Shown here piece by piece: positions 1-9,565 of a stretch of 64,000 nt of DNA. The notes beneath the pieces were generated by a model. The model was given only the letters and a program-made list of their open reading frames with translations. It made no database searches and had not been told where the DNA came from. Position 1 is the stretch's first letter. Each line of letters starts with the position of its first letter. The DNA is taken from NCBI GenBank assembly GCA_965238075.1, contig OZ250173.1, forward strand, positions 800,001 to 864,000, read 5' to 3'. The position numbers were made by a program, and so were the translations under genes. The DNA comes from Candidatus Entotheonellaceae bacterium. Lineage in GTDB: Bacteria > Tectomicrobia > Entotheonellia > Entotheonellales > Entotheonellaceae.

Positions 1-8
1 GTACTCAC

Positions 9-44
9 AAAAAAACACCCCGGTGCCCCCACACCGAGGTGTTT
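9..44 (-). terminator. Rho-independent terminator downstream of dppC
   Basis: Minus strand reads AAACACCTCGGTG-loop-CACCGGGGTGTTT followed by a T run. Confidence 0.75.
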
Positions 45-86
45 CGGAAAATAGCGGAACATCGGCCCCGTGGCTGAGAGTCCAGC

Positions 87-1034
87 CTACTTGAGCCGCG
101 GATCGAGCGCGTCGCGCAAGCCGTCGCCGAACAGATTGAAGCCCAGCACGGTGATGAAAATGGCGAAGCCCGGGCCGAGTGCCAGCCATGGGGTCTGTTG
201 AATCCAGGCGACGTTGGCCTTCAGGTCCCAGCCCCAGCTCGGGGTTGGCGGCTGGGTGCCCAGGCCCAGGAAGCTGAGGGAGGCTTCCACGATGATGGCC
301 GTGGCGATGCTCAGGGTACCGGTGACAATGATGGGCGCCATGCAATTAGGCAGGATGTGCCGCAGCAGAATCTTGGGGTCGTGCTGCCCGAGGGCGTGGC
401 AGGCCTCGATGTATTCCTTTTCCTTGATGGACAGCACGCTGCCGCGCACCAGCCGGGCGTATATGGGAATACGCACGATGCCGATGGCCATGATGATCTT
501 CATGGCGCCGAGCAGTCCGGCAGTCGGCGTAAACATGATCATGATGACGATGGCCAGCAGGAAGACCGGGAAGGCGAGGATGACGTCCATGGCACGCATG
601 ATGAGGGTGTCGGCCTTGCCGCCGTAGAAGCCGCCGATAATGCCGAGCGGCACGCCGACGAAGATGGCCAGCAGCACGGAGGACAGCCCGACGGCCAGCG
701 ACACGCGGCTGCCGTGGATGATGCGGCTCAGCATGTCGCGCCCGAACTGGTCGGTGCCCAGCCAATGAACGCGGCTCGGCGCCTGGAACAGCTCGTTCAT
801 AGAGTTGACCACCGGATCGTACGGCGCCAGGACGTCGGCGAAAATCGCCACCAGTATCAGCAACACCACGATGCCCAGGCCGAAAAGCGCCGTGTAGCTG
901 CGCTTCAACCGCCGCGCGGTCTGGGCCAGCAGCGATTCCGACGACGGAGCTGCCTGCCTGACCGGTGCCGCCGGCTCGATCACCGCGGTGGCGGCGCTGC
1001 CGTTGGCCGCGCCGTTCAGCACCTGGCTTTTCAT
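87..1034 (-). CDS. dppC: Peptide/nickel ABC transporter permease (DppC/OppC type)
   Basis: HWLGTDQFGRD, EYIEACHALG (EAA loop), RHILPN, GDGLRDALDPR; start taken at ATG 1034. Confidence 0.9.
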   Translation of the reverse strand: MKSQVLNGAANGSAATAVIEPAAPVRQAAPSSESLLAQTARRLKRSYTALFGLGIVVLLILVAIFADVLAPYDPVVNSMNELFQAPSRVHWLGTDQFGRDMLSRIIHGSRVSLAVGLSSVLLAIFVGVPLGIIGGFYGGKADTLIMRAMDVILAFPVFLLAIVIMIMFTPTAGLLGAMKIIMAIGIVRIPIYARLVRGSVLSIKEKEYIEACHALGQHDPKILLRHILPNCMAPIIVTGTLSIATAIIVEASLSFLGLGTQPPTPSWGWDLKANVAWIQQTPWLALGPGFAIFITVLGFNLFGDGLRDALDPRLK

Positions 1035-1085
1035 CAGGGACCCTCCTGTTCGTTGTGCGTGTACCAAACCGACGGCACCGGCATG

Positions 1086-1124
1086 CCCCCTCTCCCTAAC
1101 TCTCCCCCACCAGGGGGGAGGGGA
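1086..1124. repeat. C-rich/G-rich palindromic repeat (family B)
   Basis: CCCCCTCTCCCTAACTCTCCCCCACCAGGGGGGAGGGGA, similar to copies at 15770 and 44909. Confidence 0.7.
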
Positions 1125-1158
1125 CTTGACGCTGGGCGGCCGCTATGGATGATGGAAC

Positions 1159-1184
1159 GTCGGATTACGCTGCGCTAATCCGAC
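1159..1184. repeat. REP-like palindrome (family A)
   Basis: GTCGGATTACGCTGCGCTAATCCGAC. Confidence 0.85.
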
Positions 1185-1205
1185 CTGCGTTTGGCCGCGC
1201 AGTCG

Positions 1206-2183
1206 CTAAACGTTGTACCGGATGCGCGGATCGAGGAACGAGTAGGTCAGATCGACCAAGACGTTGATCACCACGAAACATACCGCCACCAGCAGGATGA
1301 AGCCCTGCACCTGCTGATAATCGCGCAGAATGATGGCGTTGATGCCGTATGTCCCCAAGCCGGGAATGGCAAACAGGGTCTCGACGACGATCGCACCGCC
1401 GATCATGAAGCCGACCTGCAGACCCATGATGGTGACCGTGGGGATGAGGGCGTTTTTCAGGGCGTGCTTGAGGATAACGAATTTCTCCGCCAGCCCCTTG
1501 GCGCGCGCCGTGGTGACGTATTCCATGCGGATGATTTCCAGCAAGCTGGCACGCAGCAGCCGCGTCAGGATCGCCGCCCGCCCGACCCCGAGAGCGATGG
1601 CCGGCATCAGGACGTGCTTCAGATTGCCCCCCACGCTGGCCTCGCAGATGAGGCTGGGGCACGTGCCCGGCAGGTACACCCAGCCGAAACTCGGCAGCAG
1701 CCCGTTGAACGCCACCGAGAAGACCAGCAGCAACAGAATGCCGAGAAAGAAATCGGGAATCGAAATGCCCACCAGGGCGGTGGACATGGCGGTGTAGTCG
1801 CCCCAGGTGTTCTGGCGCAGCGCCGCAATGGTGCCGGCCGGAATGGCGATGAGCAGCGCCACCAGCATGGCCAGGACGATCAACTCGGCGGTGACCGGCA
1901 AGCGGATCAGAACGTCCTGCAGCACCGGGCGGGCGCTGATGAATGATTCGCCCCAATCGCCCTGTACCAGCTTCACCAGCCAGATGAGGTACTGCGAGAC
2001 GATCGGCTTGTTCAGGCCGTACTCCTGACGCAGTATCTCGGCGTCTTCCTCGTCATAGGCATCGCCCAGCAGAGCCATCAGCGGGTCGCCGGGAATGGCC
2101 TGCATCATGGCGAACACCACGAGGGTGATCATCAGGATGGTCGGAATGACCTGCAACAGGCGTTTGATGATGTATTCCCGCAT
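1206..2183 (-). CDS. dppB: Peptide/nickel ABC transporter permease (DppB/OppB type)
   Basis: PGDP, EYVTTARAKGL, HALKNA, ETLFAIPGLG, DPRIR motifs. Confidence 0.9.
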   Translation of the reverse strand: MREYIIKRLLQVIPTILMITLVVFAMMQAIPGDPLMALLGDAYDEEDAEILRQEYGLNKPIVSQYLIWLVKLVQGDWGESFISARPVLQDVLIRLPVTAELIVLAMLVALLIAIPAGTIAALRQNTWGDYTAMSTALVGISIPDFFLGILLLLVFSVAFNGLLPSFGWVYLPGTCPSLICEASVGGNLKHVLMPAIALGVGRAAILTRLLRASLLEIIRMEYVTTARAKGLAEKFVILKHALKNALIPTVTIMGLQVGFMIGGAIVVETLFAIPGLGTYGINAIILRDYQQVQGFILLVAVCFVVINVLVDLTYSFLDPRIRYNV

Positions 2184-2271
2184 GGCAACCCCTCAATCGC
2201 TCGCTGAGCTCGCGCTGCTGATATCTAATACGCTCGACTCGCCGGCGCTCGCTCGCTGTGGCGCGGCGCGG

Positions 2272-3885
2272 CTACTTGTCCAGCCACACCGTCTCGTAAT
2301 GCACCTCGAATTCCGAGTTGAACGTGTAACCCTTCATCCACGGCTGCGCGATCTGGAAGAACGGCGAGCCCGACACCACGTTCCAGTACAGCTTGTCGGC
2401 CATGAACTCCTGCAATTCCTTGGCAATGGCCCGCCGTTTGTCGGCGTCCAGCTCCTCGGCATAGCGCGCAAAGTATTCGTCGACCCTGACATCCGTGTGC
2501 CGTGTCTGATTCCACGTCGATTGTGTCACCGTCAGGTAGGCATTGCTGTCAAGGGTCAGCAACGACAACAGGTCCTCGACGTACATGTCCCACGGCCCGT
2601 CTTTGAGGCCGGTGTTCATCCAGGTCACCTTGTCCACCAGCTTGATGTTTACGGTCACCCCGAGGCGCGCCAATTGATCCTTGACTACCGTGGCAATGGC
2701 ATTGAACACCGCCTTCTCCGTGTCGGTCATCAACTCGGTCACCAGCGGGTTGTCGGGCCCGTAGCCGACTTCCTCCAGCAGGGTCTTGGCCTTGTCGAGG
2801 TCGTAGGGGCACATGTAATTGACGTCCACCGTATCCATGGTGCCGGGTGGAATCATGCCGACCCAAGGCGTCGCCAGGCCGCGCAGCGCCACCTTGACGA
2901 TCTCCTCGCGGTTAATGCCGTAGCACAGCAGCGCCTTGCGGGTGCGGATGTCGCCGAAGATGGGATGCGGGCAGCGCGGGTTGGTCATCGAGGCATCGGG
3001 CCTGCCGTCGCAGGGCACCGTCACCTTGGCTCCCAGCACCATGGGGGTGGTTTCCGGACCGGTCAGCACCTGCGCCTCGGGAACTTGCGCCTGAATCGTC
3101 TGCACGTGCTCCGGGCTGAAGGAGGCAATGAAATCGATTTCGCCCGTCCTGAGGGCGATCATCTGGGCGATGGGGTCGCGGATGACGCGAATGATCACGC
3201 GGTCCAGGTAGGGCTGGCCGGGCTTGAAGTACTTTTCCCAGCGGTCCATGACGAGGTGGGTGTTGGGCACCCACTCGACGAGGCGGAACGGGCCGCAGCC
3301 GATGACTGCCTGCGGGTCGCCGCGCTTGCGGGCCTTCAGGCTGTGCGCCTGCGTGGCGGCGGGGGAATAGAGCACCAGGCCGGTACGATAGGCGGCGAGC
3401 ATGTGCAGAAAGAAGGCGTAGGGCCGCTTCATATGCACCTTGACGGTCAGCGGATCGACCACTTCGACACTTTGCACCGACTCGTAGAAACGCCGCATGC
3501 CGGACCTGGTCTCCGGGTCCATGAGCCGGTCGATGCTGAACTTTACGGCCTCGGCGTCCACTCTGGAGTTGTCGTGGAAGAGGGCATCGTCGCGCAGCCG
3601 GAAGGTCCACGTCATGGCGTCGTCCGACAACTCCCAGGCCGTCGCCACGTCGCCCACGAACTGGCCGTCGGGGGTGACGTTGACCAGGCCGCAGCCGATG
3701 TTCATGGCCACCCACATCATTTCGTAGCCCGGCGCGGTGTGGAAATCGAGGTGGGAGACTTTGTTGCCATAGGCCACCCGCAGCGTGCCGCCGCGTTTGG
3801 GCTCGGCGGCGAGCGCGAGGCCCGGCAGCAGGACGGCCAGTGTCAAAATGACAAGACTCTTGATAAGCACCTGTGCGTTACGCAT
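2272..3885 (-). CDS. ABC transporter substrate-binding protein, family 5
   Basis: Signal peptide, PKRGGTLRV, TWTFRLR..FHD, GCGPFRLVEW; upstream of the permeases. Confidence 0.9.
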   Translation of the reverse strand: MRNAQVLIKSLVILTLAVLLPGLALAAEPKRGGTLRVAYGNKVSHLDFHTAPGYEMMWVAMNIGCGLVNVTPDGQFVGDVATAWELSDDAMTWTFRLRDDALFHDNSRVDAEAVKFSIDRLMDPETRSGMRRFYESVQSVEVVDPLTVKVHMKRPYAFFLHMLAAYRTGLVLYSPAATQAHSLKARKRGDPQAVIGCGPFRLVEWVPNTHLVMDRWEKYFKPGQPYLDRVIIRVIRDPIAQMIALRTGEIDFIASFSPEHVQTIQAQVPEAQVLTGPETTPMVLGAKVTVPCDGRPDASMTNPRCPHPIFGDIRTRKALLCYGINREEIVKVALRGLATPWVGMIPPGTMDTVDVNYMCPYDLDKAKTLLEEVGYGPDNPLVTELMTDTEKAVFNAIATVVKDQLARLGVTVNIKLVDKVTWMNTGLKDGPWDMYVEDLLSLLTLDSNAYLTVTQSTWNQTRHTDVRVDEYFARYAEELDADKRRAIAKELQEFMADKLYWNVVSGSPFFQIAQPWMKGYTFNSEFEVHYETVWLDK

Positions 3886-3991
3886 GATGTTGCCAGCTCC
3901 TTCAGACCTGATTTACCTGTCCTCGTGGGGCTTCAGGCTATGCGTGCTGAATCCCGCTCTGCCCGCAGTTGCAAGCGCGCACTTTAACGAA

Positions 3992-4019
3992 TTGTCTGAA
4001 CGATGGGCAAGCTTAAAAT
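3992..4019 (+). promoter_or_regulatory. Possible sigma70 promoter of the disulfide reductase gene
   Basis: TTGTCT-16 nt-TAAAAT. Confidence 0.35.
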
Positions 4020-4069
4020 TGTTACCTGGGTGTGCCCTAGAGGTGAGTAAATAGCGCGGAGCTTCTTGC

Positions 4070-5443
4070 ATGACCATCGAAAAATTTGATCTGATCGTCG
4101 TTGGAGCGGGTTCTGGGAACATGATACCCGGTCCTGAAATGGACACTTGGCGGCTGGCGATTGTGGAGCCGGACAAGTTCGGCGGCACCTGTCTGAACCG
4201 CGGCTGCATACCGTCCAAGATGCTGCTGTATGGGGCGGAGGTTGCCGAGATAGCGCGGCACGGCGCGCAGCTGGGCGTGCATCATACCCTGGCGCATGTG
4301 GATTGGCAGCGGCTGGTGGGACGGGTATGGGAGAAGATCGACCCGATTGCCGAAGCGGGGGCGCAGTACCGCAGGTCGCAGCCGCACGTGACGGTGTACG
4401 ACGCCCCGGCGCGCTTCGTAGCGCCGCACGTCCTGGAAACGGGCGCGCACCGTATTACGGCGGATCGCATCGTTCTCGGCGCCGGCTCGCGACCGCTGGT
4501 GCCGGACGTTCCGGGGCTGCAAAGCATTGTGTACCACACCTCCGATACCATCATGCGGCTGGAGACGCAGCCGCGCTCGCTGCTGATCGTCGGCGGCGGG
4601 TACATCGGCGTGGAAATGGCACACTTCTTCGGTTCGCTGGGAACCCACGTCACGCTCACCGACCACGGCGGGGCGCTCATTAAACGGCAGGACGACGACG
4701 TAGCGCGGGCGTTCACGCAGGTCTATCGGCAGCGCTTCGACGTCCTGTTGCACACCAGCGTTCGCAGTGTCAGCCCGGATAACAACGCCGTTGCCGCGCA
4801 CCTCGACGTAGCCGGCGAGGCGAGCGCGGTCACCGTCGATACCGTGTTGTTCGCCAGCGGCCGGCGCCCCAACTCCGACCGCCTGAACGTCGCCGCCGCC
4901 GGCATCGAGGTGGGCGCCCGCGGGCGCGTGCTGACCGACGCCGGCATGGAAACCAACGTCCCCGGCATTTTCGCGTTCGGCGACCTGGCTTCCCGCCACC
5001 CGCTCAAACACATCGCCAACGCCGAGGCCAGGGCCATTGCGCGGCACCTCCTGGGCGCCGACAAGCACCCGGTCGATTACGACGGCGTCCCCAACGCGGT
5101 CTTCAGCGCCCCGCAGGTGGCCTCCGTCGGCCTCACCGAACGCGACGCCGTGCGGCAAGGCCGCCCCTACATGACGGCGCGCCGACAGTACGCCGACACC
5201 GCCTACGGCTGGGCCATCGGCGACACCGACAGCTTCGTCAAGCTGCTCGCCGACCCGCACACCCGGCTGCTGCTGGGCGCCCACATCATGGGGCCGCAGG
5301 CCTCGCTGCTCATCCAGCCGCTGGTGCAGGGCATGAAGTACGGCCAGACGGTTGACGACATGGCCGGCACGATCTACATCCACCCGGCCCTCACGGAGGT
5401 CGTCGAGCAGGCTCTGCTCGAATTCCCACGCAGGTCGGCTTAG
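4070..5443 (+). CDS. Pyridine nucleotide-disulfide reductase, mycothione reductase-like
   Basis: GAGSG FAD motif, GGTCLNRGCIPSK redox disulfide, GGGYIGVE, AYGWA, IHPALTEVVE. Confidence 0.8.
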   Translation: MTIEKFDLIVVGAGSGNMIPGPEMDTWRLAIVEPDKFGGTCLNRGCIPSKMLLYGAEVAEIARHGAQLGVHHTLAHVDWQRLVGRVWEKIDPIAEAGAQYRRSQPHVTVYDAPARFVAPHVLETGAHRITADRIVLGAGSRPLVPDVPGLQSIVYHTSDTIMRLETQPRSLLIVGGGYIGVEMAHFFGSLGTHVTLTDHGGALIKRQDDDVARAFTQVYRQRFDVLLHTSVRSVSPDNNAVAAHLDVAGEASAVTVDTVLFASGRRPNSDRLNVAAAGIEVGARGRVLTDAGMETNVPGIFAFGDLASRHPLKHIANAEARAIARHLLGADKHPVDYDGVPNAVFSAPQVASVGLTERDAVRQGRPYMTARRQYADTAYGWAIGDTDSFVKLLADPHTRLLLGAHIMGPQASLLIQPLVQGMKYGQTVDDMAGTIYIHPALTEVVEQALLEFPRRSA

Positions 5444-5459
5444 CGCAGCGTAATCCGAC
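5434..5459. repeat. REP-like palindrome (family A) overlapping a stop codon
   Basis: GTCGGCTTAGCGCAGCGTAATCCGAC contains the TAG at 5441-5443. Confidence 0.8.
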
Positions 5460-5486
5460 ATCCACGCCAGAGAGGAACCGTTCCAC

Positions 5487-6371
5487 ATGGCATTGTTCGA
5501 CCACACCTCGACAATCGGCTTTATCGGCGCCGGGGCGGTTGGCGGCTCCCTGGGCGTGTGCTTGTCGCGCGCCGGGTATCAGGTCGTGGCTATTGGGAGC
5601 CGGACGTTCGCTTCGGCGCAGCGGTTCGCCGAGAGCATCGACGGATGCCAAGCCTATCACATGGCCCAGGAGGTGGCAGACGCCGCGCAACTGGTCGTCA
5701 TCAGCACGGCGGATGACGCCATTCGCAGCGTTGCGGAAGGCGTGACGTGGCGGCCCGGACAGGGGGTGATTCACTGCTCCGGGGCAACGTCACTGGACGT
5801 GTTCCGGCATCCGGTAAGCCAAGGGGCGGTAGCGGGGGCATTTCACCCGTTGCAGGCATTCTCGTCGGTGGAAAACGGCGTGGACAGCATTCCGGGAACG
5901 ACGTTTGGCATCGAGGGCAGCCCGGAGGTGCGGACGGCGTTGGCGGACATGGCGCGGGCCATCGGCGGCAAGCCGGTATTCCTGGACGCCGAGGACAAGG
6001 CGCTGTATCACCTGACGGGCGTCATGATGGGCAATCTGCTGACGTGTCTGGCGGCCACCGCGGCGCAATTGTGGGAACAGTGCGGATACTCGCGGGCCGA
6101 GGGGGTTGAGGCGCTGGTACCGATGATGCGGGGGGTGGTAAACAACCTGGAACGTTCGGGGGTGCCCGGCGCGGTTGCCGGACCCTACGTACGGGGCGAT
6201 CTGGGAACGATTCGCAAGCACGTCGAGACGTTGGCCACCCGCGCGCCCGAGGTGCTGCCCTTGTACCGCGAATTGGCCCGCGCCGCGATACCGTTTGGCG
6301 TTGAAAAGCGGGCGCTCAACCCGGAAACCGCGCAGCGGATCGAGGCGATCCTGAAATCGTCCGAAGCCTGA
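5487..6371 (+). CDS. Rossmann-like + DUF2520 domain protein (PanG-like)
   Basis: GAGAVG, DDAI, HCSGA, FHPLQAF, LYH, GPYVRGD..TIRKH. Confidence 0.8.
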   Translation: MALFDHTSTIGFIGAGAVGGSLGVCLSRAGYQVVAIGSRTFASAQRFAESIDGCQAYHMAQEVADAAQLVVISTADDAIRSVAEGVTWRPGQGVIHCSGATSLDVFRHPVSQGAVAGAFHPLQAFSSVENGVDSIPGTTFGIEGSPEVRTALADMARAIGGKPVFLDAEDKALYHLTGVMMGNLLTCLAATAAQLWEQCGYSRAEGVEALVPMMRGVVNNLERSGVPGAVAGPYVRGDLGTIRKHVETLATRAPEVLPLYRELARAAIPFGVEKRALNPETAQRIEAILKSSEA

Positions 6372-6383
6372 CGCACACCTGCC

Positions 6384-6878
6384 TCATGCTCCTTTATTCT
6401 GTTGCAACGCCTGCAACTGGGCTTGCAACCGGGCCACCGTGTCTTCCATCTCGCGCAGCCGTTCGGCATCCGCGGCGGCGCTGGTCTGCAGGCGGGCTTT
6501 TTCGATTGCCTGCTGGATGGCCTTGCCGAGCAATCCGGAATTCACCTGATCCTTACGGAAATAATCCAGCGCGCCGGCCTGCATGGCCGCCACCGGCAGG
6601 CGCTCCTCGCCGAAAGCCGTCAGCATGATCACCGGCGTTGTCATACCCCGCTGTTGTTTCTCTGCCAGAAAAGCCAAGCCGTCCATGTCCGGCAGATAGT
6701 AATCCAGCAGCACCAGGTCGTAGGTCTGCGAGGCGAGTTCTTCCAGCCCGGCGCGCGCCGAATCGCTGTGGGTGATCGTAAAACTGGCGGCATTGGCTTG
6801 TTGCAGAATGCGCTCGAGGAGCAGCGTGTCGCGCTTTGAATCGTCGATCACCAAGAGTCGGTAGGACGGGGTTGCCAT
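6384..6878 (-). CDS. Response regulator: receiver plus C-terminal coiled coil
   Basis: IDD, LLDYYLPDMDG, IMLTA, GALDYFRK; ATG 6878 preceded by AGGAG. Confidence 0.85.
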   Translation of the reverse strand: MATPSYRLLVIDDSKRDTLLLERILQQANAASFTITHSDSARAGLEELASQTYDLVLLDYYLPDMDGLAFLAEKQQRGMTTPVIMLTAFGEERLPVAAMQAGALDYFRKDQVNSGLLGKAIQQAIEKARLQTSAAADAERLREMEDTVARLQAQLQALQQNKGA

Positions 6879-6912
6879 CGTGTTGTTTCCTCCTGAGGCT
6901 GTCAGACCTTCT

Positions 6913-7353
6913 CTATAAGTCCGGCGGCAATTCCACCGTTTCCAGCCAGAAACTCGCCAAGTGGCCAATGACCTCCGTAAAGCGGCTGAATTCAACGGGT
7001 TTCAGCAGATAGGCGTTGGCGCCGTTCTCGTAGGCTTGGCGCACGTCATCGGAACGCCCGGATGTCGTCAGAATGATGATGGGCACCTGCCGAAAGCGCA
7101 CGTCCTGCTTGACGCGCTGCATGAACTCGTGACCGCCCATGCGCGGCAGGTTGAGGTCCAGCAAGATCATGTCCGGGCGCGGCGAGCTGTCGGGAACCGT
7201 GTAGGCGCCCTCGCGGTGGAGATATTCCAGCGCCTCGTCGCCGTCCCGCACCACCCGCAGGTCGTGCGGGATATTGGCCTGCGCGAAGGCCCGCTCTGTC
7301 AGGCGCACGTCGCGCGGATTGTCCTCCACGAGCAGTACGGTCAGGCGGCGCAT
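6913..7353 (-). CDS. Single-domain response regulator (Rcp1-like)
   Basis: VEDNPRD, LLDLNLPRMGG, LTTS, GANAYLLKP, FWL. Confidence 0.9.
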   Translation of the reverse strand: MRRLTVLLVEDNPRDVRLTERAFAQANIPHDLRVVRDGDEALEYLHREGAYTVPDSSPRPDMILLDLNLPRMGGHEFMQRVKQDVRFRQVPIIILTTSGRSDDVRQAYENGANAYLLKPVEFSRFTEVIGHLASFWLETVELPPDL

Positions 7354-8972
7354 GGTGAGCCCTCCGTTTTCGGAATCGTGAACCAGAATGTCGAGCCGAC
7401 GCCCGGCGCCGACTCCACCCCGATTTGGCCGCCATTCGACTCGACAATTTTCTTCACGATGGTCAGCCCGGCGCCGGTGCCCGGATATGCCTCACGGGTG
7501 TGCAGCCGCTTAAAAATCTCGAAAATGCGCCCGCAATGCTCCTCGGCGATACCGATGCCGTTGTCGCTCACCGCAAAACGGTAGTACCGCTCGTGGTCTT
7601 CGCACGCCACGCTCACGCGCGGCGTTTCGCCGTTGGTGAATTTAAGCGCATTGCTGATCAGGTTGCTGAAAATCTGCACCAGCCGCACCTCGGAATACAT
7701 GACGGTGGGCAGCGACTCGGGCAACTGAACATCGGCCCCGGTATCATTCACCTCGAGTTGCAGATCATGCAGCACCCAATCGAGCACCCGCCGCACGTCC
7801 ACGCTCACCGCCTGGGTATGAATGCGCCCGATGCGGGAGTATTCAAGCAAACCGTCGAGCAACTTTTTCATGTGCAAAGCGTCGTCGATGATTTCCTCGC
7901 ACAACTGGCGGCCCGCCTCGCCGAGCACCTCGCCGTAGTCGTCGACGAGCCAGCGCGCGTAGCCCTCGAAGGTGCGCAGCGGCGCCTGCAAATCGTGGCT
8001 GGCGGAGTAGGCGAAATCCTCCATCTCCTGCCGCAGTCGGGCACGTTCAGTGACGTCGCGGAACACAGAAAGCAGGCAGGCCTGCCCTTCGTATTCGATA
8101 AGACGCGTGGATGCCTGGACGATGATGGTGCGTCCGCGGCGGGTGCGAAGCTCGCTGCCGCGGCCTTCGATATGATGGCGCTGGGTGACCTGTTCCAGCA
8201 GCACCAGGCGCTGTTCGGGATGCACATAGAACTCCACGGCGTCCAGCCCGACCATGACCTCCGGGCCGTCGAACTCCAACAACTCGGCGGCGCGTGGATT
8301 GGCTTTCAGGATGATGCCGGTGGAATTGGTGACAACCACGCCGTCGGGAGACAGGTCAAACAGACCGTGATAGAAGGCCTCGGAGCGGGCCAAATCCTTG
8401 GAGGCCTCGGGAATATCGACGAGCGCGTCGGTAGCACTCGGTGTGGCGCCGTGGGTGGCAGCCTGGATGGTAAATAGGGTTGGTTGCCCCTGCAAGCGTC
8501 CATACAGTCGCAGCGCCTGGCGCGCCACGTCCTGCAACAGCGACAATGGCGCCTCGGGTGGGAGGGCGACGGCGGCCGATTCTTGAGCGGCAGGTTGGGA
8601 ACCATTGCCGCGTTCGAGGGCACCCCGTTGCTGCTCGGTTGCCGCCGCCAGACGCTGCGCCAGGGTATCTCCGCCGATCTCCCGCACAACCGTGTGCACG
8701 CCTTGCAAGAACCGTTCACAGCCGGCTTGCACCTGTTCCGGCCTCTCACCAGCTATGGCCTTCGCCAAACTGCCCGGCTCCAGCCCCCGTGCCGACCACG
8801 CGAAGTGCGACAGAAACGGGTAACGCTCACGCAGCGCACTCCGGCTCAGCGTGACGAGCTCCTGGGTTGCAGCGGCGCCCAGCAGGCTCTCCAGGTATTG
8901 CCACACACAAGCGTAGAGCGATTCGTAGAAATGCGCCGTGCGAAGCCGCCAGTCCTGCTCGTTGCGGGCCAT
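7341..8972 (-). CDS. PAS-domain sensor histidine kinase with unrecognised N-terminal domain
   Basis: PAS (~FDLSPDG...VFRDVTER), H box ASHDLQAPLR, NLISNALKF, DNGIGI, GTGAGL; ATG 8972 preceded by GAGG. Confidence 0.9.
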   Translation of the reverse strand: MARNEQDWRLRTAHFYESLYACVWQYLESLLGAAATQELVTLSRSALRERYPFLSHFAWSARGLEPGSLAKAIAGERPEQVQAGCERFLQGVHTVVREIGGDTLAQRLAAATEQQRGALERGNGSQPAAQESAAVALPPEAPLSLLQDVARQALRLYGRLQGQPTLFTIQAATHGATPSATDALVDIPEASKDLARSEAFYHGLFDLSPDGVVVTNSTGIILKANPRAAELLEFDGPEVMVGLDAVEFYVHPEQRLVLLEQVTQRHHIEGRGSELRTRRGRTIIVQASTRLIEYEGQACLLSVFRDVTERARLRQEMEDFAYSASHDLQAPLRTFEGYARWLVDDYGEVLGEAGRQLCEEIIDDALHMKKLLDGLLEYSRIGRIHTQAVSVDVRRVLDWVLHDLQLEVNDTGADVQLPESLPTVMYSEVRLVQIFSNLISNALKFTNGETPRVSVACEDHERYYRFAVSDNGIGIAEEHCGRIFEIFKRLHTREAYPGTGAGLTIVKKIVESNGGQIGVESAPGVGSTFWFTIPKTEGSPCAA

Positions 8973-9077
8973 GGACCTCGTTCCCCTATCTCTTCGGACA
9001 AGCTCGCAGCGCCTACCGTGCGATCCTGTGGTACGGTGGACCCCCTCCCTCCGCAACGCCGTGCTAAAAAGCGGTAG

Positions 9078-9106
9078 ATCATAGATTAGCAGGGTGGATA
9101 AGACAA
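9078..9106 (-). promoter_or_regulatory. Putative sigma70 promoter of the kinase operon
   Basis: Minus strand TTGTCT-17 nt-TATGAT. Confidence 0.5.
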
Positions 9107-9227
9107 GATACAGAAAATAGACCTCACTCCTTCGGGAAGGAAGAACCGATTTTGACCGTGCTTTTCAGCAGCCTGAATGCTATATTCGCACCTTTCACGG
9201 CATCCATCTCGGGTAAGGAATCCTGTT

Positions 9228-9539
9228 TTGTGGGTAGATATTGCGTACGCTCAAGGGTCGATATTCGGCGGGGCGGGTGATTTACTGAGTTCACTGTTCC
9301 TTTTCCTCCCTCTCATCCTCATTTTCTACTTCCTGATTTTCCGTCCGCAGCAGAAGCAGCGTAAGGAATTCCAGCAACTGGTCGCGGGCCTCAAGAAGGG
9401 CGACCGCATCGTCACCCGCGGCGGGCTCGAGGGCGTCATTGACAAGATTGAAGAGAAATCGCTGCGCCTCGAATTGGGCAACGGTATCAAGCTGAAGATG
9501 CGGCGCGATTATGTCGATCAGGTGTTGCAGGACACCTGA
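9228..9539 (+). CDS. yajC: Preprotein translocase subunit YajC
   Basis: FYFLIFRPQQK, LKKGDRIVTRGG; TTG start after AAGGA; upstream of secD. Confidence 0.92.
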   Translation: MWVDIAYAQGSIFGGAGDLLSSLFLFLPLILIFYFLIFRPQQKQRKEFQQLVAGLKKGDRIVTRGGLEGVIDKIEEKSLRLELGNGIKLKMRRDYVDQVLQDT

Positions 9540-9565
9540 TCCGAAACACTCTTTGCGGGCCATGC

